Shown here: positions 18,545 to 28,505 of the stretch, piece by piece
Layout of the letters: each line of letters starts with the position of its first letter
Position numbering within the stretch: position 1 is the stretch's first letter
Origin: an uncultured Gammaproteobacteria bacterium
Lineage (GTDB): Bacteria; Pseudomonadota; Gammaproteobacteria; Steroidobacterales; Rariloculaceae
Reading direction: 5' to 3'
NCBI GenBank assembly: GCA_963728995.1
Contig: CAVSMD010000008.1
Location: forward strand, 50,066-114,065
Length of the DNA stretch: 64,000 nt
The notes under the pieces: model-generated
What the model saw: only the letters and a program-made list of their open reading frames with translations
Database searches by the model: none
What the model was told of the DNA's origin: nothing
Position numbers and translations under genes: made by a program

Positions 18545-18997
18545 TCAGAGCTTGAACTCGATCATGTCCCAGCGGGCGGTGTCTTCGCCGCGAGCCTGGC
18601 GCCGAATGGCATCCACGATCAATCGGCCATCCCAGCCGATCACCTCGGCGGCGCGCTTGGCAAGCTCGGGCGGTACCTTCATGGTGACGCCGAACGGCTC
18701 CATCGCGACCAACGGCAGGTTCTTGGCTTGGGCCACGTCCATCTGGTAGGTCGTCCAATACTCGTTGTCGACGTACAGCGCGCTCAGCACGACGACGACC
18801 TCGGCAGATTTCAGCTGCGTTCGATACTCTTCCTTCAGCGCTTCCTTGCCGCCCGCCGCCGGCGGATGATCCGGCACACTGCAGTTACGGTAGAAGAAGT
18901 TCGGTGAGGATTCCAGATACTCGAACACGCGATGGTAGTCGGAATGACTCGCGAACGCGTGTGTGACGAATACCCGAATCGGGTCTCTCTCAGACAT
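18545..18997 (-). CDS. TIR-like (DUF1863/ThsB-type fold) domain protein, 150 aa
   Basis: IRVFVTHAFASHSDYHRVF (betaA-like), LKSAEVVVVLSALYVDNEYWTTYQMDVAQAKNLPLVAM resembling the ...SxWVxWEIxxA...IIgv core of MTH538/ThsB TIR-like domains. It ends 22 nt upstream of the GDPD gene. The ATG at 18997 is preferred over ORF-track start 19114. Confidence 0.45.
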   Translation of the reverse strand: MSERDPIRVFVTHAFASHSDYHRVFEYLESSPNFFYRNCSVPDHPPAAGGKEALKEEYRTQLKSAEVVVVLSALYVDNEYWTTYQMDVAQAKNLPLVAMEPFGVTMKVPPELAKRAAEVIGWDGRLIVDAIRRQARGEDTARWDMIEFKL

Positions 18998-19143
18998 GTC
19001 GCTGCGCCTCGGGATCCTCGGATGCTCCCGGACGCTACTACCGCATGCCCATATTTGCAACGAAACCCTTCGCGATCTGTCGAAGCGCGACAATAACGGA
19101 ATTCTCAATTGCAAACAGGCTCCTCCGGTACACTACAGTGACG

Positions 19144-19899
19144 ATGAGACTGCTGCTCTACAACATTCGCTACGGACTGGGCCTGGGATCGGCCTTGCAC
19201 TGGCCTCTGCCGGGCATGGGCTACCTGCTCGGCAATCGCGGCAACTTGCAGCGGATCACGGACTTCATCAAGTCGCAAGACCCCGACATCGTCGGTCTCG
19301 TGGAAGTGGACACGGGCTCGATCAGAACGCGTCGCATCAACCAGGCCGACGTCATCGCGCGATCACTCGGCCACTACTCCGTCTATCAGTGCAAGTACGG
19401 CGTCGACTCGCTGAATCAGCATCTGCCGATCCTGAGAAAGCAGGGCAACGCGTTTCTGGCGGCACCCCGAGTGCATGGCGAGAGGTTTCACTACTTCGAG
19501 AAGGGCATCAAACGGCTGATCATCGAGCTCGAGCTCGAAGAGTGTGCGGTCTTTCTCGTGCACCTTTCCTTGAAGTATCGGCATCGACACACGCAGCTCC
19601 AGCATCTTCATGATCTCGTCATGGCGTCGCCGAAGCCGGTGATCATTGCCGGTGACTTCAACACGTTCTGGGGCGAGCATGAGATCTATCTATTCATGAA
19701 GGCCTGCAAGCTGCGCAGCGCCAATGCGCGCGGCCTGCCGTCGTATCCGAGTCGTTCGCCCCGCAAGGAGCTCGACTTCGTGCTGTACGGCGCCGGCATC
19801 CGCGTGACGGACTTCTCGATCCCGGCGGTGAAGTACTCGGACCATCTGCCGCTGGTCTGCGACTTCGAGATGGAGTCCGGGGCGCGTGCCGCGGCTTAG
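19144..19899 (+). CDS. endonuclease/exonuclease/phosphatase (EEP) family protein
   Basis: MRLLLYNIRYG, DPDIVGLVEVD, VIIAGDFN and YSDHLPLVCDF, the canonical EEP motifs. It is divergent from the TIR-like gene. Confidence 0.8.
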   Translation: MRLLLYNIRYGLGLGSALHWPLPGMGYLLGNRGNLQRITDFIKSQDPDIVGLVEVDTGSIRTRRINQADVIARSLGHYSVYQCKYGVDSLNQHLPILRKQGNAFLAAPRVHGERFHYFEKGIKRLIIELELEECAVFLVHLSLKYRHRHTQLQHLHDLVMASPKPVIIAGDFNTFWGEHEIYLFMKACKLRSANARGLPSYPSRSPRKELDFVLYGAGIRVTDFSIPAVKYSDHLPLVCDFEMESGARAAA

Positions 19900-19905
19900 T
19901 AGCGG

Positions 19906-21939
19906 ATGAGCGCGCAGGCCCACCACTGGCATTCCGAAGTCGATTCAAGCGGCACCTGTTGGCTCACGATCGACCGATCGGACTCGACGGCCAACACGCT
20001 GTCCTCTGCCGTCCTGGCGGATCTGGCGCGCGAGCTCGACGGTATCGAGCGGCAGGGCGTGCGCGGCCTCGTCGTCAGATCGGGCAAGAGCACGGGCTTC
20101 GTTCTCGGCGCCGACGTCAAGGAATTCGGGCGGCTGCGCGACGAGAGCGAGGGTGTCGAGACCGCCAGCCGCGGCCAGTCTCTGCTGGCGCGCATCGCGG
20201 GCCTGAGTGTGCCAACCGTGGCCGCCATCGACGGCTATGCGCTCGGTGGCGGGCTCGAGCTGGCGTTGGCGTGCGACTACCGGATCGTGGTGGATTCGTA
20301 CGAGCGCACGCTGGGCTTGCCCGAGGTGCAGCTCGGCATTCACCCCGGCTTCGGTGGCACGGTTCGCTCCGTGCAGTTGCTGGGTGCGCCCCAGGCGCTG
20401 GACATGATGTTGACCGGGCGCGCGCTGTCGCCGCGCGAGGCGCTGAAGTGTGGGCTCGTGGATCGAATCGTAGAGCGTAGCGAGCTCGACGCCGCGGCGC
20501 TCGCGCTGATTTCCGAGCGTCCAGCACGACAGCGGGCGCCTTGGTACCTTCGTGCGCTGAGCATCGCACCGGTTCGGCCGGTGCTGGCAGGCGCCCTGCG
20601 CAAGCGAGTCGAGCGGCGCGCTCGACGCGAGCACTACCCCGCTCCGTTCGCAATCCTCGATCTGTGGCAACGGCACGGCGGCCACGGTCCCTCGGCCATG
20701 AGCGCCGAGGCGCAGTCGATAGGTCGGCTGCTGGTGACGCCGACATGCCGCAACCTGGTGCGCGTCTTCGAGCTGCGCGAGCGGTTGCGAAGCCTGGCAC
20801 CACGCGACAGCGGCATCGAGCGCGTTCACGTGGTCGGCGCAGGCACGATGGGCGGCGATATTGCCGCGTGGTGTGCGCTGCGCGGTCTGTCGGTGACGCT
20901 GCAGGACCGTGCGCAGCAGTACGTGGAACCCGCGCTCGCGCGCGCTCGCGAGCTGTTCAGGAAGCGGCTTCGGGCTCCGGGCGCGGCAGACGAGGCAATG
21001 GCGCGCATCGTCGTCGATCTCGACGCGGCGCAAGTCGGTTCCGCCGATTTGGTGATCGAAGCGATCGTCGAGAGCGCCGACGCCAAAAGCGCGCTGTTTC
21101 ACGATCTGGAACCGAAGCTGCGGCCGGACGCCCTGGTCGCAACGAATACCTCGAGCATCGCGCTCGAGAACCTCGCGGGGTCGTTGCAGCACCCCGGCCG
21201 TTTCGTGGGGCTGCATTTCTTCAATCCCGTCGTCGCCCTGCCGCTCGTCGAGGTCATTCACGGCCGCGACACTGCGTCGGACTCGATGCGACAGGCCCTG
21301 TCGTTCGTCACGAAGATCGGCAAGCTGCCATTGCCTTGCCGCAGCGCGCCCGGCTTTCTCGTGAATCGCCTGCTGACTCCCTACATGCTGGAAGCATTGG
21401 CTGCGCACCTAGACGGTCATGCATTCGAGACCATCGACGCGGCGGCGACGATGTTCGGTATGCCGGTGGGACCCATTGAGCTGGCGGATCGCGTGGGTCT
21501 CGACGTCGCGTTGCACGTCGCCGATCTTCTGCGCGACGTGCTCGCCATCCAGCCGCCTGCTTCGTTGCGCGAGAAAGTCGCCCGCGGCGAGCTCGGCACC
21601 AAGACGGGGCGCGGCTTCTATGCGTACAGGAAGGACGGCAAAGCGATCAAGAACACAGCGGCGGCCAAGCCTGACCCCGAGCTCGCGGATCGACTGATCC
21701 TGCCGCTGTTGAACGAGGCGGTGGCCTGCCTGGAGGAAGGAATCGTCGCAGACGCCGACCTCCTCGATGCAGGTGTGGTGTTCGGCACTGGATTCGCGCC
21801 CTTCAGAGGCGGCCCGATGCGGTATGCGTGGGAGCGAGGTCCCGCCGCCGTGGTCGCGAAGCTCGAGAGCCTGGCCCAGCGCTATGGGACACGGTTCACA
21901 CCTCGCGCCGGTTGGCGCTCCTTGAGCGAGCCGACGTGA
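19906..21939 (+). CDS. multifunctional enoyl-CoA hydratase / 3-hydroxyacyl-CoA dehydrogenase (FadB/FadJ family)
   Basis: Crotonase part GFVLGADVKEF...GGGLELALACDYR, then the NAD-binding VHVVGAGTMGGDIA, and a 3HCDH C-domain. Confidence 0.85.
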   Translation: MSAQAHHWHSEVDSSGTCWLTIDRSDSTANTLSSAVLADLARELDGIERQGVRGLVVRSGKSTGFVLGADVKEFGRLRDESEGVETASRGQSLLARIAGLSVPTVAAIDGYALGGGLELALACDYRIVVDSYERTLGLPEVQLGIHPGFGGTVRSVQLLGAPQALDMMLTGRALSPREALKCGLVDRIVERSELDAAALALISERPARQRAPWYLRALSIAPVRPVLAGALRKRVERRARREHYPAPFAILDLWQRHGGHGPSAMSAEAQSIGRLLVTPTCRNLVRVFELRERLRSLAPRDSGIERVHVVGAGTMGGDIAAWCALRGLSVTLQDRAQQYVEPALARARELFRKRLRAPGAADEAMARIVVDLDAAQVGSADLVIEAIVESADAKSALFHDLEPKLRPDALVATNTSSIALENLAGSLQHPGRFVGLHFFNPVVALPLVEVIHGRDTASDSMRQALSFVTKIGKLPLPCRSAPGFLVNRLLTPYMLEALAAHLDGHAFETIDAAATMFGMPVGPIELADRVGLDVALHVADLLRDVLAIQPPASLREKVARGELGTKTGRGFYAYRKDGKAIKNTAAAKPDPELADRLILPLLNEAVACLEEGIVADADLLDAGVVFGTGFAPFRGGPMRYAWERGPAAVVAKLESLAQRYGTRFTPRAGWRSLSEPT

Positions 21940-22026
21940 CTTCCTCGGCACCGACGTGCGAGATCGCTATGCTAGACTGCGGCCGCTAACAACCTCGCGC
22001 CGGTTCGCGACCGCGCTTCCAAGTGG

Positions 22027-23073
22027 ATGACCAAACAAGTCGAAATCGATCAGCTTAAGGCGCTGTCGCCGATCGACAGCCTGAAGAAAGACAATCTTCA
22101 TGCGCTGGTCAAGAAAACGAAGGTTCGCGACGCCCAGCCGGGCGAGACGCTGTTTCGCGAGGGCGATGCCGAGAAACGTACCATCTATGTTCTGACGGGC
22201 ACGGTGGAGCTGCGCGAGGGCGACAGGACCATGGCCCGCGTCGCCGGCGGGACCGACGACGCGCGCAACCCGCTCTCCCCGAAGCTGCCTCGCCGGCACA
22301 CGGCGATCGCCACCAGCTCCGTCGAGTACGTGGTCATCGACAGCGATCTGCTCGATGTGATGCTCACATGGGATCAGACCGGGTCTTACGAAGTGGCCGA
22401 GCTGCGCGGCGAGTCGGCTGGCGGCGACGACTGGATGACGACGCTGCTCCAGACCAAGGCCTTCCACAAGATTCCGCCCGCGAACATCCAGGCGATCTTC
22501 ATGCGGTTGCAGCAGGTGAACCACCGCGCCGGTGACGTCGTCATCAAGCAAGGCGAGGAAGGCGACTACTTTTACGTGATCACACGCGGCAAATGCATCG
22601 TCACGCGCGAAACCCCGCTCAACAAGGAGGGGATCCGTCTGGCGGAGCTTCAGGTCGGCGATACGTTCGGCGAAGAGGCGCTGATCTCGGAGGCCAAGCG
22701 CAACGCCACGGTCACCATGGAGACCGAGGGCTCGTTGATGCGGCTCGGCAAGGACGACTTCAAGAAATTGCTCAACGAGCCGATGCTCGATTGGGTCGAC
22801 GAGGAACAAGCGGAGAAGATCATCGAGCAAGGCGGACAATGGCTGGATGTGCGTCTGCCGTCGGAGTTCGAGGCCTATCACAACGACGGTGCGATCAACG
22901 TGCCGCTGTATTTCATCCGCCTGAAGCTGAAAACGCTCGACCCTGCCGTCAAGTATGTCGTGTGCTGCGACACGGGTCGGCGCAGTTCGGCCGGCGCGTT
23001 CATCCTGAACGAGCGGGGTTTTCAAACATACGTCTTGAAGGGCGGGCTCAACCGAACGGGCTTGTCGGCCTAA
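22027..23073 (+). CDS. two cyclic-nucleotide-binding-like domains fused to a C-terminal rhodanese domain
   Basis: The second cNMP domain has GDTFGEEALISEAKRNATV, and the first is more degenerate. The rhodanese part has WLDVRLPSEFEAYHNDGAINVP and an active-site loop VVCCDTGRRS. Confidence 0.7.
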   Translation: MTKQVEIDQLKALSPIDSLKKDNLHALVKKTKVRDAQPGETLFREGDAEKRTIYVLTGTVELREGDRTMARVAGGTDDARNPLSPKLPRRHTAIATSSVEYVVIDSDLLDVMLTWDQTGSYEVAELRGESAGGDDWMTTLLQTKAFHKIPPANIQAIFMRLQQVNHRAGDVVIKQGEEGDYFYVITRGKCIVTRETPLNKEGIRLAELQVGDTFGEEALISEAKRNATVTMETEGSLMRLGKDDFKKLLNEPMLDWVDEEQAEKIIEQGGQWLDVRLPSEFEAYHNDGAINVPLYFIRLKLKTLDPAVKYVVCCDTGRRSSAGAFILNERGFQTYVLKGGLNRTGLSA

Positions 23074-23077
23074 CGCC

Positions 23078-23416
23078 CTAGAGCGTGTGCGTGGGCTTGT
23101 CGCCGCCGAGCGCACCGGCGAGATAGTTCTCGATCCGCTTCTGGGTATTGCCCTGATCCTGCTCGCTGAACTGCACGCCGATGCCGGCCGTGCGCTTGCC
23201 CTGGGAGCCCTTCGGCGTGATCCAAATGACCCTGCCCGCGACGGGGATCTTCTCCTCCTCCCCCATCACGTTCAGCAGCATGAACACTTCGTCCCCGAGC
23301 TTGTAGCTCGAGTTCGTGGGAATGAAGAGCCCGCCGTTCTTGATGAACGGCATGTACGCCAGATACAGGGCGCTCTTGTCCTTGATAGTCAGTGTCAGGA
23401 GCCCCGGCTTGCTCAC
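23078..23416 (-). CDS. pilZ: type IV pilus assembly protein PilZ (PA2960-type single-domain PilZ)
   Basis: LTLTIKDKSALYLAYMPFIKNGGLFIPT...AGIGVQF. It sits downstream of holB, as in Pseudomonas and Xanthomonas. Confidence 0.8.
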   Translation of the reverse strand: MSKPGLLTLTIKDKSALYLAYMPFIKNGGLFIPTNSSYKLGDEVFMLLNVMGEEEKIPVAGRVIWITPKGSQGKRTAGIGVQFSEQDQGNTQKRIENYLAGALGGDKPTHTL

Positions 23417-23418
23417 GG

Positions 23419-24429
23419 CTATCCTCGATTCGCCTGAAAGCCGACCAGCAGGGCCTGAATTGCGAGCTCCAGATTGATACCGGAGCCGAGCTGGTTCAGC
23501 AGCCTCTCGGCTTTGTCGTACTGGTCGAACAACGCGTTAAGTGTCAGTTTCCGCCATGGATTATGCAACGTGCCGTCCGGGGGAACTGTGATCGCAGTCG
23601 AACCCTCGGGGGCGCAACGTTCGCGGATCGCCGTGTGCAGTCGCACCTTGAGCCAGCAGAGCGCCAACTCGACATCCTCTTTCGCCCAGGCGCCCGCGAC
23701 GGCAATGGGGTCGGCTTCGCCCTCATATATTGCTGAAAGAAAACTGTCTAACTCCTTGGTTTTACTAATGGAGTCTAGCTGCATCAGCGCCGCCATTCGC
23801 AGCGGCGCTCCGCCGGCCAAGTGCCAGACGTCTGCAATCGCACTCGCGTCGGGCACGCCGAGCCAGCCGCGGAGCGCGTCTGGCGGCGGCCGCGGAATGT
23901 CCAGGCGCTGGCAACGGCTGCGAATGGTCGCCGGCAGCCTGCCCGGCTGGTGACTGAGCAGCCACAAGTAGGTATCCGCCGACGGCTCCTCGAGCGTCTT
24001 CAGCAGCGCGTTGGCCGCGGCTGCCGTCATCGCGTCTGCGGGCTCGATGACCACGACCTTGCCGTTGCCACGGTGCGCGGTGAGGTTGATGGCTTCGATG
24101 ACGCCCCGGATCTGCTCGACGGAGATGCTCTGCTTATCCTCTTGGGGGTAGATCCAGTGCAGATCGGGGTGATGATCCGCGGGCACGTGTCGTGCGCCGA
24201 AAGCGGCCAGGGCCTCGGCAGATCCGAGCTCCACGGGAGGTGTGGCGGAGCCGAGCAAGTGACGCGCCGCTGCCAGCGCCAGGTTCAACTTGCCGATGCC
24301 CGCGGGGCCGCCTATCAACCAAGCGTGGCCAAGCCGACCCGTGCGCTGCGCGTCGGTGATTCGGTCGAAGGCCGGCCGCAGCCACGGGCACAGCTTCTCA
24401 CTCAGGATCTGCAACGGCGAGCTCGTCAC
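23419..24429 (-). CDS. holB: DNA polymerase III subunit delta'
   Basis: HAWLIGGPAGIGK, KVVVIEPADAMTAAAANALLKTLEEP and SRCQRL. Confidence 0.9.
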   Translation of the reverse strand: MTSSPLQILSEKLCPWLRPAFDRITDAQRTGRLGHAWLIGGPAGIGKLNLALAAARHLLGSATPPVELGSAEALAAFGARHVPADHHPDLHWIYPQEDKQSISVEQIRGVIEAINLTAHRGNGKVVVIEPADAMTAAAANALLKTLEEPSADTYLWLLSHQPGRLPATIRSRCQRLDIPRPPPDALRGWLGVPDASAIADVWHLAGGAPLRMAALMQLDSISKTKELDSFLSAIYEGEADPIAVAGAWAKEDVELALCWLKVRLHTAIRERCAPEGSTAITVPPDGTLHNPWRKLTLNALFDQYDKAERLLNQLGSGINLELAIQALLVGFQANRG

Positions 24430-25058
24430 GAGCGCCGCCTCGCAAGTAAAGCCTGCAGCTCGCTGGCGATTTGTCGCTGCACCGAGTCCAAGGATTGGGC
24501 TGCATCCACGATCTTGATCCGCGCGGGCTCCTCGGCCGCGAGACGCAGGTAAGTGTTGCGCACCCGCTCGAAGAACGGCCGCTGCTCGCGCTCGAAATGA
24601 TCGAGCGTACGGGCGGCCATGCGCTCGGCGCCGATATCGAGCGGGGCATCGAGCAGCAGTGTCAGATCCGGCTCGAGACCTCGGTGAATTTCTGCGCGCA
24701 GGCTATGCAAGAAAGCCACGCTGGCGCCGCGCCCTCCCCCTTGGTAGGCGAATGTCGCATCGGAAAAACGATCACAGACGACCCACTGCCCCGCTGCCAG
24801 CGCCGGCCGGATCACGTGCGTGAGATGCGCCGCACGGGCTGCGAACATCAGCAGCGCCTCGACCTCGGCCGATAAACGTCCGTGGTCGCCCTCGAGAATC
24901 CAGCTGCGAATGCGCTCGCCGAGCGAAGTGCCGCCCGGCTCGCGCGTCGTGATCACGTCGAAGCCCGCGCCGCGCAGCGTGGCGGCAACGAACGCAACGT
25001 TCGTCGACTTGCCCATGCCCTCGCCTCCTTCGAGCGTGATGAACCCGCCGCGCATCAC
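24426..25058 (-). CDS. tmk: dTMP kinase
   Basis: FITLEGGEGMGKST, TREPGGT and DRF..ATFAYQG. It has a 4-nt overlap with holB. Confidence 0.9.
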   Translation of the reverse strand: MMRGGFITLEGGEGMGKSTNVAFVAATLRGAGFDVITTREPGGTSLGERIRSWILEGDHGRLSAEVEALLMFAARAAHLTHVIRPALAAGQWVVCDRFSDATFAYQGGGRGASVAFLHSLRAEIHRGLEPDLTLLLDAPLDIGAERMAARTLDHFEREQRPFFERVRNTYLRLAAEEPARIKIVDAAQSLDSVQRQIASELQALLARRRS

Positions 25059-26074
25059 GGTTTGGGATCGCGGAGCTGGCGCAGGTAATCGCGGACCGCG
25101 CGCTCGTGCTCTTCGAGGGTCGTGGAGAATCGATGGCTGCCGTCGCCGCGTCCGGTCGCGACGAAGTAGATCGCGTCGGTGACTTCAGGGTGCACCGCGG
25201 CTTCGAGCGCTGCGGCGCCCGGCAATGCAATCGGCGTCGGCGGCAGGCCGTTGCGCGTATATGTGTTGTACGGCGTGTCGCGCTCGAGATCGCCGCGGCG
25301 CAGATTGCCGTCGAACGTATCGCCGAGGCCGTAAATGACGGTCGGATCCGTCTGCAGCCGCATGTTGCGCCGCAAACGTTGATAGAACACGCCCGCGATC
25401 AGGCGGCGCTCGCTGGCCAACGCGGTTTCCTTTTCGATGATCGAGGCCAGGATCAAAGCCTCGTAAGGACCCTTCAATATCGTGGCGGGGTCACGGTTCT
25501 CCCAGGCCGCGGTGAGCTGCGCGCGCAACGCCTGATGCGCCAGTCGAAGCAGCTCGAGATCGGTCGTCCCTTTCGGAAACCGATAGGTATCGGGGAAAAA
25601 TTGGCCTTCCGGATGCACATTGGGCTCGCCCAAGGCCGCCATGATCGCCGGCCCATCCACGTCACTCACGACGATCGCGGGGTGCGCCCGCAGGGCTCTG
25701 AGAAGATCGCTGAATCGCCACCCCTCGACGATCGTCAGCTGGTGTAAGAACACCTGCCCCGCAACGAGCTTCGCCAGCAGGTCGAGCGGCGTGAGTCCCG
25801 GGGACAGCTGGTACTCGCCGGCGCGAATTCGAGTCGCCTCGCCGGTCGCTCGGCCGTACGCGGCCAGAAGCCACGGGTCGCGCAACAGGTTCCGCTCGGC
25901 CAGCTGTGTCGCGACGCCTCGCAGCGATGCGCCGCTCGCGACGTCGAGCCACGCGCCATCGACCGGAATGGGCAGCGGCGCATGCAGCTCTCGCCAGGCA
26001 TAGGCGCCACCCGCCGCGCCGCCCAGCAGCACGGCGGCCACCGTCACCAGCGCTATCCAGACGCGCTTACGCAC
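25055..26074 (-). CDS. mltG: endolytic murein transglycosylase MltG (YceG)
   Basis: N-terminal TM segment, ILASIIEKET, DPTVIYG, YNTY and GLPPTPIA. Confidence 0.9.
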   Translation of the reverse strand: MRKRVWIALVTVAAVLLGGAAGGAYAWRELHAPLPIPVDGAWLDVASGASLRGVATQLAERNLLRDPWLLAAYGRATGEATRIRAGEYQLSPGLTPLDLLAKLVAGQVFLHQLTIVEGWRFSDLLRALRAHPAIVVSDVDGPAIMAALGEPNVHPEGQFFPDTYRFPKGTTDLELLRLAHQALRAQLTAAWENRDPATILKGPYEALILASIIEKETALASERRLIAGVFYQRLRRNMRLQTDPTVIYGLGDTFDGNLRRGDLERDTPYNTYTRNGLPPTPIALPGAAALEAAVHPEVTDAIYFVATGRGDGSHRFSTTLEEHERAVRDYLRQLRDPKP

Positions 26075-26885
26075 GTGGACCGTACTCGAGATGCTGCATG
26101 AGGCGGCGTGTGATGGCGCCTGGGCGGAACGCCCGGTCGTCGAGCAGCGCGACGGGCCAGATGCCGAATAACGCGTTCGTCATGAACAGCTCGTCGGCGG
26201 CGTGCAGATCCGCCATCGTCAGATCGTGCTCGACCGCAGCGAGGCCGAGCTCGGCGGCGGCAGCGAGCACGGCACGGCGCATGACGCCCTTTATGCCGGC
26301 GCGCTCGAGCGTGGGTGTCGCGAGCCGTCCGTCGCGGACGACGAACACGTTGCTGCTCGTGCCGCCGATGACGCGTTCGCTGGTGTCGAGCAGCAGCCCC
26401 TGCTCGGCGTCACTGCCGCGCAACTCGAGCTGCGCCAGCACCTGCTCGAGCCTGCACAGATGCTTGAGCCCGGCGAGCGCCGGACTCTCGCCGAGTCGCA
26501 GACGACATACGCGAACGCGAATGCCGAGCTCGTAGAGTCTGGCCGGATAATCGGGCCAGGCAGAAACGGCGAGGATTCGCGTAGGGTTTGGCGTCTCCGG
26601 TGGCGCATAGCCGCGCGCGCCGGCGCCGCGCGTGACGAGCAGCTTCACGACGGCCCGGCCGGCGGGACAATGCTCCGCGATTTCCGTTGCGACGAGCGTG
26701 CGCTCCGGTGGCGGGATTGCCAGACGGCGGCAGCCGTCCTCGAGCCGCTCGAGATGCAGATCGAGCCAACGGATGCGTCCATCGAGCGCTGCCATCGTTT
26801 CGAACAGACCGTCGCCAAAGGCGAGGCCGCGATCGCTGGGATCGACGCCGGAAGATCGTCCATTAACGAGCCAAAGAGCCTGCAC
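26067..26885 (-). CDS. pabC: aminodeoxychorismate lyase (class IV PLP enzyme)
   Basis: DRGLAFGDGLFET, KHLCRLEQVLA and GIKGVMR, with position between fabF and mltG. Confidence 0.8.
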   Translation of the reverse strand: MQALWLVNGRSSGVDPSDRGLAFGDGLFETMAALDGRIRWLDLHLERLEDGCRRLAIPPPERTLVATEIAEHCPAGRAVVKLLVTRGAGARGYAPPETPNPTRILAVSAWPDYPARLYELGIRVRVCRLRLGESPALAGLKHLCRLEQVLAQLELRGSDAEQGLLLDTSERVIGGTSSNVFVVRDGRLATPTLERAGIKGVMRRAVLAAAAELGLAAVEHDLTMADLHAADELFMTNALFGIWPVALLDDRAFRPGAITRRLMQHLEYGPRA

Positions 26886-26966
26886 GAGAGTCCAACCCGT
26901 GGCGCTGGATCAAAGCGGTCTTGTAGCAGAAGCGGCCCGTCATGTCGCTGGCGGGTGCCGCAGCGA

Positions 26967-28208
26967 TCAGCGCAGGCGCTTGAAGACGACCGTGCCGTTG
27001 GTTCCGCCAAAGCCGAACGAGTTCGAAAGCGCGGCCTCGATGTCGGCGTCTCTGGCCGCGTTTGGCGTGTAGTCCAAGTCGCAGGCGGGGTCCTGATTCT
27101 CGAGGTTGATCGTCGGCGGGATCACCTGATCGCGCAGCGCGAGAATCGTGAATATCGCCTCCGCTCCACCGGCTGCGCCGATCATATGGCCCGTCGTGGA
27201 TTTCGTGGAGCTCACCGCGACACGCTGCGCCGCGTCGCCGAATGCGCGCTTGATCGCCACGGTTTCCGCGACGTCGCCGAGCGGAGTCGAGGTGCCGTGC
27301 GCGTTCACGTAGTCGATCTGCTCGGGGTTGAGCCCCGCATCGCGCATGGCGTTGAGCATGCATTGATAGGCGCCCTGGCCATTCTCGGCGGGAGCCGTGA
27401 TGTGATGCGCGTCGGCGCTCATGCCGAAGCCGGCGAACTCGGCGTATATGCGTGCGCCGCGCGCCTTCGCGTGCTCGTATTCTTCGAGCGCGATCGCACC
27501 GGCGCCATCGCTGAGCACGAAGCCGTCGCGATCGCGATCCCAGGGACGACTCGCGCGCGTCGGGTCATCGTTGCGGGTCGACAAGGCGCGGGCGGCGCAG
27601 AACCCGCCGAGTCCGAGCGGAGTTGTCGCAAACTCGGCGCCGCCGGCCAGCATGAAGTCCGCGTCGCCGTGCTGAATCGATCGCGCCGCGAGGCCGATGG
27701 AGTGCGTACCGGTCGTGCACGCCGTGACGATCGCGAGGTTCGGGCCCGTGAGCCCATACTTGATGGAGACGTGCCCCGAAATCATGTTCACGATGCTTGC
27801 CGGCACGAAAAACGGCGAGATCTTCCGGGGTCCGCCTTCGAGCCACTTGGAATGATTCGCTTCGATCGTGCTGACGCCACCGATGCCGGAGCCCATCGAC
27901 ACGCCGCAACGGTGAGCATTGTCTTCTTTCACCTCGAGACCCGAGTCGGTCATCGCCTGCGCGCAGGCTGCGATGCCGTAGTGCATGAACGGATCGCACT
28001 TGCGGGCTTCTTTAGGCTCGAGATATTGGGTGATGTCGAAGTCGCGAATCGTGCCGGCGATGCGCGTGGTGAATGCGCTGACGTCGAAATGCTCGATGGG
28101 GCCGATACCGCTCACACCGTCGCGAACGTTTTTCCAACCGTCGGTGACGCTGTTACCGACCGGCGAGATCAGGCCAAGGCCAGTGACTACGACGCGTCGC
28201 TGCGACAC
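26967..28208 (-). CDS. fabF: beta-ketoacyl-ACP synthase II
   Basis: RRVVVTGLG, the active-site [16 protein letters not shown] and NSFGFGGTN. Confidence 0.95.
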   Translation of the reverse strand: MSQRRVVVTGLGLISPVGNSVTDGWKNVRDGVSGIGPIEHFDVSAFTTRIAGTIRDFDITQYLEPKEARKCDPFMHYGIAACAQAMTDSGLEVKEDNAHRCGVSMGSGIGGVSTIEANHSKWLEGGPRKISPFFVPASIVNMISGHVSIKYGLTGPNLAIVTACTTGTHSIGLAARSIQHGDADFMLAGGAEFATTPLGLGGFCAARALSTRNDDPTRASRPWDRDRDGFVLSDGAGAIALEEYEHAKARGARIYAEFAGFGMSADAHHITAPAENGQGAYQCMLNAMRDAGLNPEQIDYVNAHGTSTPLGDVAETVAIKRAFGDAAQRVAVSSTKSTTGHMIGAAGGAEAIFTILALRDQVIPPTINLENQDPACDLDYTPNAARDADIEAALSNSFGFGGTNGTVVFKRLR

Positions 28209-28262
28209 GACCGTCTCAAACTGCTTCGGTGCGGGCAGCAGCTCGTGAGATTGCGCCTGGTT

Positions 28263-28505
28263 CTAGGCTTCGTTCTGACGGGCACGGATGTAGTCGATGG
28301 CCTGCTGTACGGTGGTGATCTTTTCGGCGTCGTCGTCGGGAATTTCGGTCTCGAACTCCTCTTCCAACGCCATGACGAGCTCGACGGTATCCAAAGAGTC
28401 AGCGCCCAGATCATCGACGAACGACGCGTCGTTCTTGATTTCGTCGGCTTTGAGGCCAAGCTGCTCGGCGATGATCCCTCTGACTTGCTCTTCGACGCTA
28501 CTCAT
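28263..28505 (-). CDS. acpP: acyl carrier protein
   Basis: [19 protein letters not shown], with the DSL phosphopantetheine site. Confidence 0.95.
   Translation of the reverse strand: MSSVEEQVRGIIAEQLGLKADEIKNDASFVDDLGADSLDTVELVMALEEEFETEIPDDDAEKITTVQQAIDYIRARQNEA

Noticed and set aside
17575-19899. Canonical Thoeris (ThsA + ThsB) system.
   Set aside because: No SIR2/Macro/SLOG ThsA-like gene is adjacent, and the putative catalytic Glu position looks substituted. It is reported only as an uncharacterised TIR-like/GDPD/EEP grouping.
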